A stretch of DNA of 64,000 nucleotides from assembly GCA_938084645.1 (NCBI GenBank), contig CALKEP010000002.1:76375-140374 (forward strand). The letters are read 5' to 3'. The DNA is from an uncultured Phycisphaerales bacterium (GTDB taxonomy: Bacteria > Planctomycetota > Phycisphaerae > Phycisphaerales > SM1A02). Made by a program: the position numbers and the translations under genes. Position 1 is the stretch's first letter. Each line of letters starts with the position of its first letter. Under the pieces are notes generated by a model that was not told the DNA's origin, searched no databases, and worked only from the letters and a program-made list of their open reading frames with translations. Of this stretch, positions 60,988 to 64,000 are shown one piece after another.

Positions 60988-62865
60988 TCAGTCGATGCGG
61001 ACCACGAGGATCGTGCAGTCGTCGTCGAGTGGCTGCCCGTCCGCGAACCGGTGGACGAAGTCGAACAGCTCGGCGACCTGCGTCTCCGCGGATCGTGCCC
61101 GGCCGGCGACCGCCGCCTCGAGCAGTCGCTCGAGGCCCAGCATCTCGCCCGCGGGATTCCGGCATTCCCACGCACCGTCGCTCGCGACGAGCAGCACGTC
61201 GCCGGTACCGACCGAAAGCGTGGTGGATCGATAGCTGGAAGGCTGGATTCCCAGCGGGATGCCACCGGCCTTGATCTCTTCGAATCGATCCTGGTCGGAC
61301 CGCAGCAGGAAGCCGGGGTGGCCGGCCGAAGCCACTTCCAGCGACCCGCCGGCACGATCGAGGATCGCGGCGAAGAGCACCATGAAGAGTCCGGCCGAGG
61401 ACTCGAGGCACAGACGATCATTCGCCAGTTCGATCGCGGCCGCGAGGTCGGATTCGGTCATGATCGACGCCCGGACGTAGGCCCGGGCCGTCGCCACGAA
61501 GAGCGCCGAGGGCATGCCGTGCCCGGTGGCATCGCCGAGACCCACGGCGATCCGATCGTCCGCCAGCCTGCCGTAGTCGAAGTAGTCGCCGCCGGTCTGA
61601 TCACTGGGAATGACCCGGCCCGCGATCGACACCCCGGCGTCGTTCAGGGGTTCGGCGGGAAGCAGCGACTCCTGCACGACTCTCGCCGAATCGAGCGACG
61701 CCTGGGTCCGGGCGAGTTCGTCGAGACGCGGGAACGCCTCGTCGAGCGCTCCGCCGAGCATCGCGAGCTCGTCCTTGCCGCCGAGACCGACTCGTGCGGA
61801 CCGATCGCCTTCCGCCGCCCGCGACACCACGCCGGCGATTCGCCGGACCGGCCGGAGGACGACCCACCAGGTCCCGAAGAGCACGATGCCGATGGCGGTC
61901 AATGCGATTCCGATCACCACGCCGGCGCGGGCAAGCACCAACCGGTCCGCATACGCCGTCATCGCGAGCTGAGAACGACCCGAGACCAGCACCCAGCCCG
62001 GTTCCTCGATCGGCGAGAAGGCCACCATCCGAACGCCGTCCGCGTCGGCACTCGTCGCGATCTCCTCGACGAAGGACTCCCCGACCGCGGCCCGTGCGAT
62101 CAGATCCTCGAACCGCACCGCACGATCCGGCCCGTCGACCTGTCGCGCTCGAACCACGAAATCGCCGACCGATCCCTCTTCGAACTCCGGCCCGGCCCCG
62201 GGTGAGCTCGCGACGACCCTGCCGTCCAAATCGACGATCGCCCAATCCTCGCAGTCGAGTTCCCGTTGCTCGATCATCCGTTCGAACGCATCGACTTCGA
62301 CGTCGACGAACACCCCACCGATGAATCGGCCCCCCGACATGACCGGGGCGAGATAGGCGATCATCCGCGTCGGCACCCCGCTCCGGTCGATCTCGATCTG
62401 ATCCCAGAAGCGCTCCGCGGACTCCTTCAACTGCACGTATCGAGGCAGGCTCGCGATGTCGTATCGCGCGGTCAGGTCGACCTCTTCGATCCCGCCCAGC
62501 GATCGCTCGGCGTAGCCGAAGAAGACGCCCTTTCGCTCCGGCCCGGGCGACGCCTCCCAGGCGATCCCGAAGCCGAACAGGATCGGATCCTGCGCCACGA
62601 TTCCATGGGCCAGCCCGAACAGTTCGTCCCGCGTCCAATCCTTGACGTCGGCGACCGAGATCGAGGCGGTATCGGCGACCTGGGCCATTCGCCGACACTG
62701 GCCGTCGATGACGGTGGCGACGTTTCGGGCGGAACGTCGCATCCGGTCGGCACCGTCCTTGATGAGGCGGGAACGCGTATCCAGCAGGTCGGCACGGATC
62801 GCAATGGCCAGCAGGAGTGCCAGCGGGACGATGATCGCGATGGAGACCTTTCCGCGGAGTTTCAT
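60988..62865 (-). CDS. Membrane sensor phosphatase: Cache-like, HAMP and SpoIIE/PP2C domains
   Basis: Two TMs; HAMP (LRPVRRI...DELAML); GGDYFD, GDATGHG, SAGH, SDG and DDCT motifs. Confidence 0.9.
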   Translation of the reverse strand: MKLRGKVSIAIIVPLALLLAIAIRADLLDTRSRLIKDGADRMRRSARNVATVIDGQCRRMAQVADTASISVADVKDWTRDELFGLAHGIVAQDPILFGFGIAWEASPGPERKGVFFGYAERSLGGIEEVDLTARYDIASLPRYVQLKESAERFWDQIEIDRSGVPTRMIAYLAPVMSGGRFIGGVFVDVEVDAFERMIEQRELDCEDWAIVDLDGRVVASSPGAGPEFEEGSVGDFVVRARQVDGPDRAVRFEDLIARAAVGESFVEEIATSADADGVRMVAFSPIEEPGWVLVSGRSQLAMTAYADRLVLARAGVVIGIALTAIGIVLFGTWWVVLRPVRRIAGVVSRAAEGDRSARVGLGGKDELAMLGGALDEAFPRLDELARTQASLDSARVVQESLLPAEPLNDAGVSIAGRVIPSDQTGGDYFDYGRLADDRIAVGLGDATGHGMPSALFVATARAYVRASIMTESDLAAAIELANDRLCLESSAGLFMVLFAAILDRAGGSLEVASAGHPGFLLRSDQDRFEEIKAGGIPLGIQPSSYRSTTLSVGTGDVLLVASDGAWECRNPAGEMLGLERLLEAAVAGRARSAETQVAELFDFVHRFADGQPLDDDCTILVVRID

Positions 62866-62887
62866 CGAGGTCGGGTGCCGTGGGGTG

Positions 62888-62914
62888 AATCCGGGCCAGC
62901 CAGAGTGGCGAAAC
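62888..62914 (+). promoter_or_regulatory. Putative SigK-type ECF promoter AATCC-N16-CGAAAC of the fasciclin gene
   Basis: AATCC gggccagccagagtgg CGAAAC about 85 nt before the ATG; same boxes and spacing as upstream of the ECF sigma. Confidence 0.6.
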
Positions 62915-62999
62915 CCCCGGCAACGTCCGGGGACCCTGAATCCTCAAAATCGTACCTCCTTACGGCCCGAGAGGCCGTGCATCCACGGAAGCAGAATCA

Positions 63000-63938
63000 A
63001 TGTTCCTCACCGCACTCATCGCGTCCACCACGCTCCTTTCGCCGCCCTGCCAGTCGACCTGCCCGATGGAGATGTCGGAAACGCTCGCGGGTGCCCGCTC
63101 AAGCGCTCCGAACGACATCGTCGCCGTGGCCTCGAGTGCCGGCGACTTCAACACCCTGATCGCCGCGGCCAAGGCCGCCGGCCTGGTCGGCGTGCTCCAG
63201 AGCGACGGCCCCCTCACCGTCTTCGCCCCGACCGATGCCGCGTTCGCGAAGCTGCCCAAGGGCACCGTCGAGACGCTGCTGAAGCCTGAGAACAAGAAGG
63301 CCCTCGTCGAGATTCTCACCTACCACGTCGTCCCCGGGAAGTTCGAGGCCGCCGACGTCCTCAAGAAGAAGACCCTCGACACCGCGAACGGCGAGCGTGC
63401 CAAGATCGCGATGAAGAACGGCAAGCCCACGATCGCCGGCGCGAACATCGTCGCCACCGACATCGAAGCCTCCAACGGCATCGTTCACGTCATCGACGCG
63501 GTCATGATTCCCGAGCAGCGTGACATCGTCGACGTCGCGGTCTCCACCGGCAAGTTCAAGACCCTCGCCGCCGCCCTCGGCGCCGCGGACCTCGTGAGCA
63601 CGCTCAAGGGCAAGGGCCCCTTCACCGTGCTCGCCCCGAACGACGCCGCCTTCGCCAAGCTCCCGGCGGGCACCGTCGAGATGCTCCTGCTTCCCGAGAA
63701 CAAGGGCAAGCTCAAGGAAATCCTGCTCGCCCACGTCGTCCCCGGCCGCGTCTATTCCGACCAGGTCGTCAAGCTCAAGATGGCGCCCACCGCCGGCGGC
63801 TTCAAGGCCCCCATCTCCGTCAAGGACGGCAAGGTCTCGATCGGTGGAGCGAACGTCATCGCGACCGACATCGAGGCGTCGAACGGCGTGATCCACGTCA
63901 TCGACTCCGTCATCGTCCCCGTGATCGAGATCGACTGA
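63000..63938 (+). CDS. Secreted double-fasciclin (FAS1) domain protein
   Basis: Signal peptide; two FAS1 repeats ([30 protein letters not shown] and [22 protein letters not shown]). Confidence 0.95.
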   Translation: MFLTALIASTTLLSPPCQSTCPMEMSETLAGARSSAPNDIVAVASSAGDFNTLIAAAKAAGLVGVLQSDGPLTVFAPTDAAFAKLPKGTVETLLKPENKKALVEILTYHVVPGKFEAADVLKKKTLDTANGERAKIAMKNGKPTIAGANIVATDIEASNGIVHVIDAVMIPEQRDIVDVAVSTGKFKTLAAALGAADLVSTLKGKGPFTVLAPNDAAFAKLPAGTVEMLLLPENKGKLKEILLAHVVPGRVYSDQVVKLKMAPTAGGFKAPISVKDGKVSIGGANVIATDIEASNGVIHVIDSVIVPVIEID

Positions 63939-64000
63939 TCGCCAGTCGCACCGAAAGGTGGTCGGTATGACCGGTTTCACACTCAACTACGGGAGTCGGG

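Noticed and set aside
62880..62945. GGGGTGAATC as a c-di-AMP (ydaO) riboswitch
   Set aside because: Other conserved segments are missing; better explained as the -35 box of the ECF promoter.

Overview
High-GC, gene-dense core-chromosome window, most likely from a Planctomycetota (Phycisphaerae/Phycisphaerales-like) genome. The lineage is inferred from a prepilin/H-X9-DG protein, a dockerin-like-tailed secreted peptidase and an IPAPGA-type PEP-CTERM tail. Content is mostly housekeeping: hppA, rpsU, pdxH, dnaE, ABC-F, dnaK, PTS enzyme I, RNase E/G, dxr-rseP, smpB, queE, an RluB-like synthase, a lone nuoB, prfB with a +1 frameshift, a RimK-family ligase, tRNA-Leu(GAG) and tRNA-Ser(TGA). There is also a three-gene sugar-catabolism operon and a glycogen-debranching/GH63 pair. 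I found no CRISPR array, transposase, integrase or phage gene. The most interesting signals are non-coding. (1) The same AATCC-N16-CGAAAC motif lies upstream of a SigK/RskA-like ECF sigma and upstream of a fasciclin gene about 47 kb away. (2) At least six genes have a -10 hexamer 6-7 nt before an SD-less ATG, suggesting leaderless mRNAs. (3) The RF2 frameshift site lacks the internal Shine-Dalgarno. (4) A ~320-nt nested-hairpin region before rimK contains a degenerate tRNA-Ser-like copy. (5) A PEP-CTERM gene is reduced to leader plus sorting tail. (6) A sigma54-type promoter precedes dnaK. All product calls are from manual motif recognition; no searches were run.
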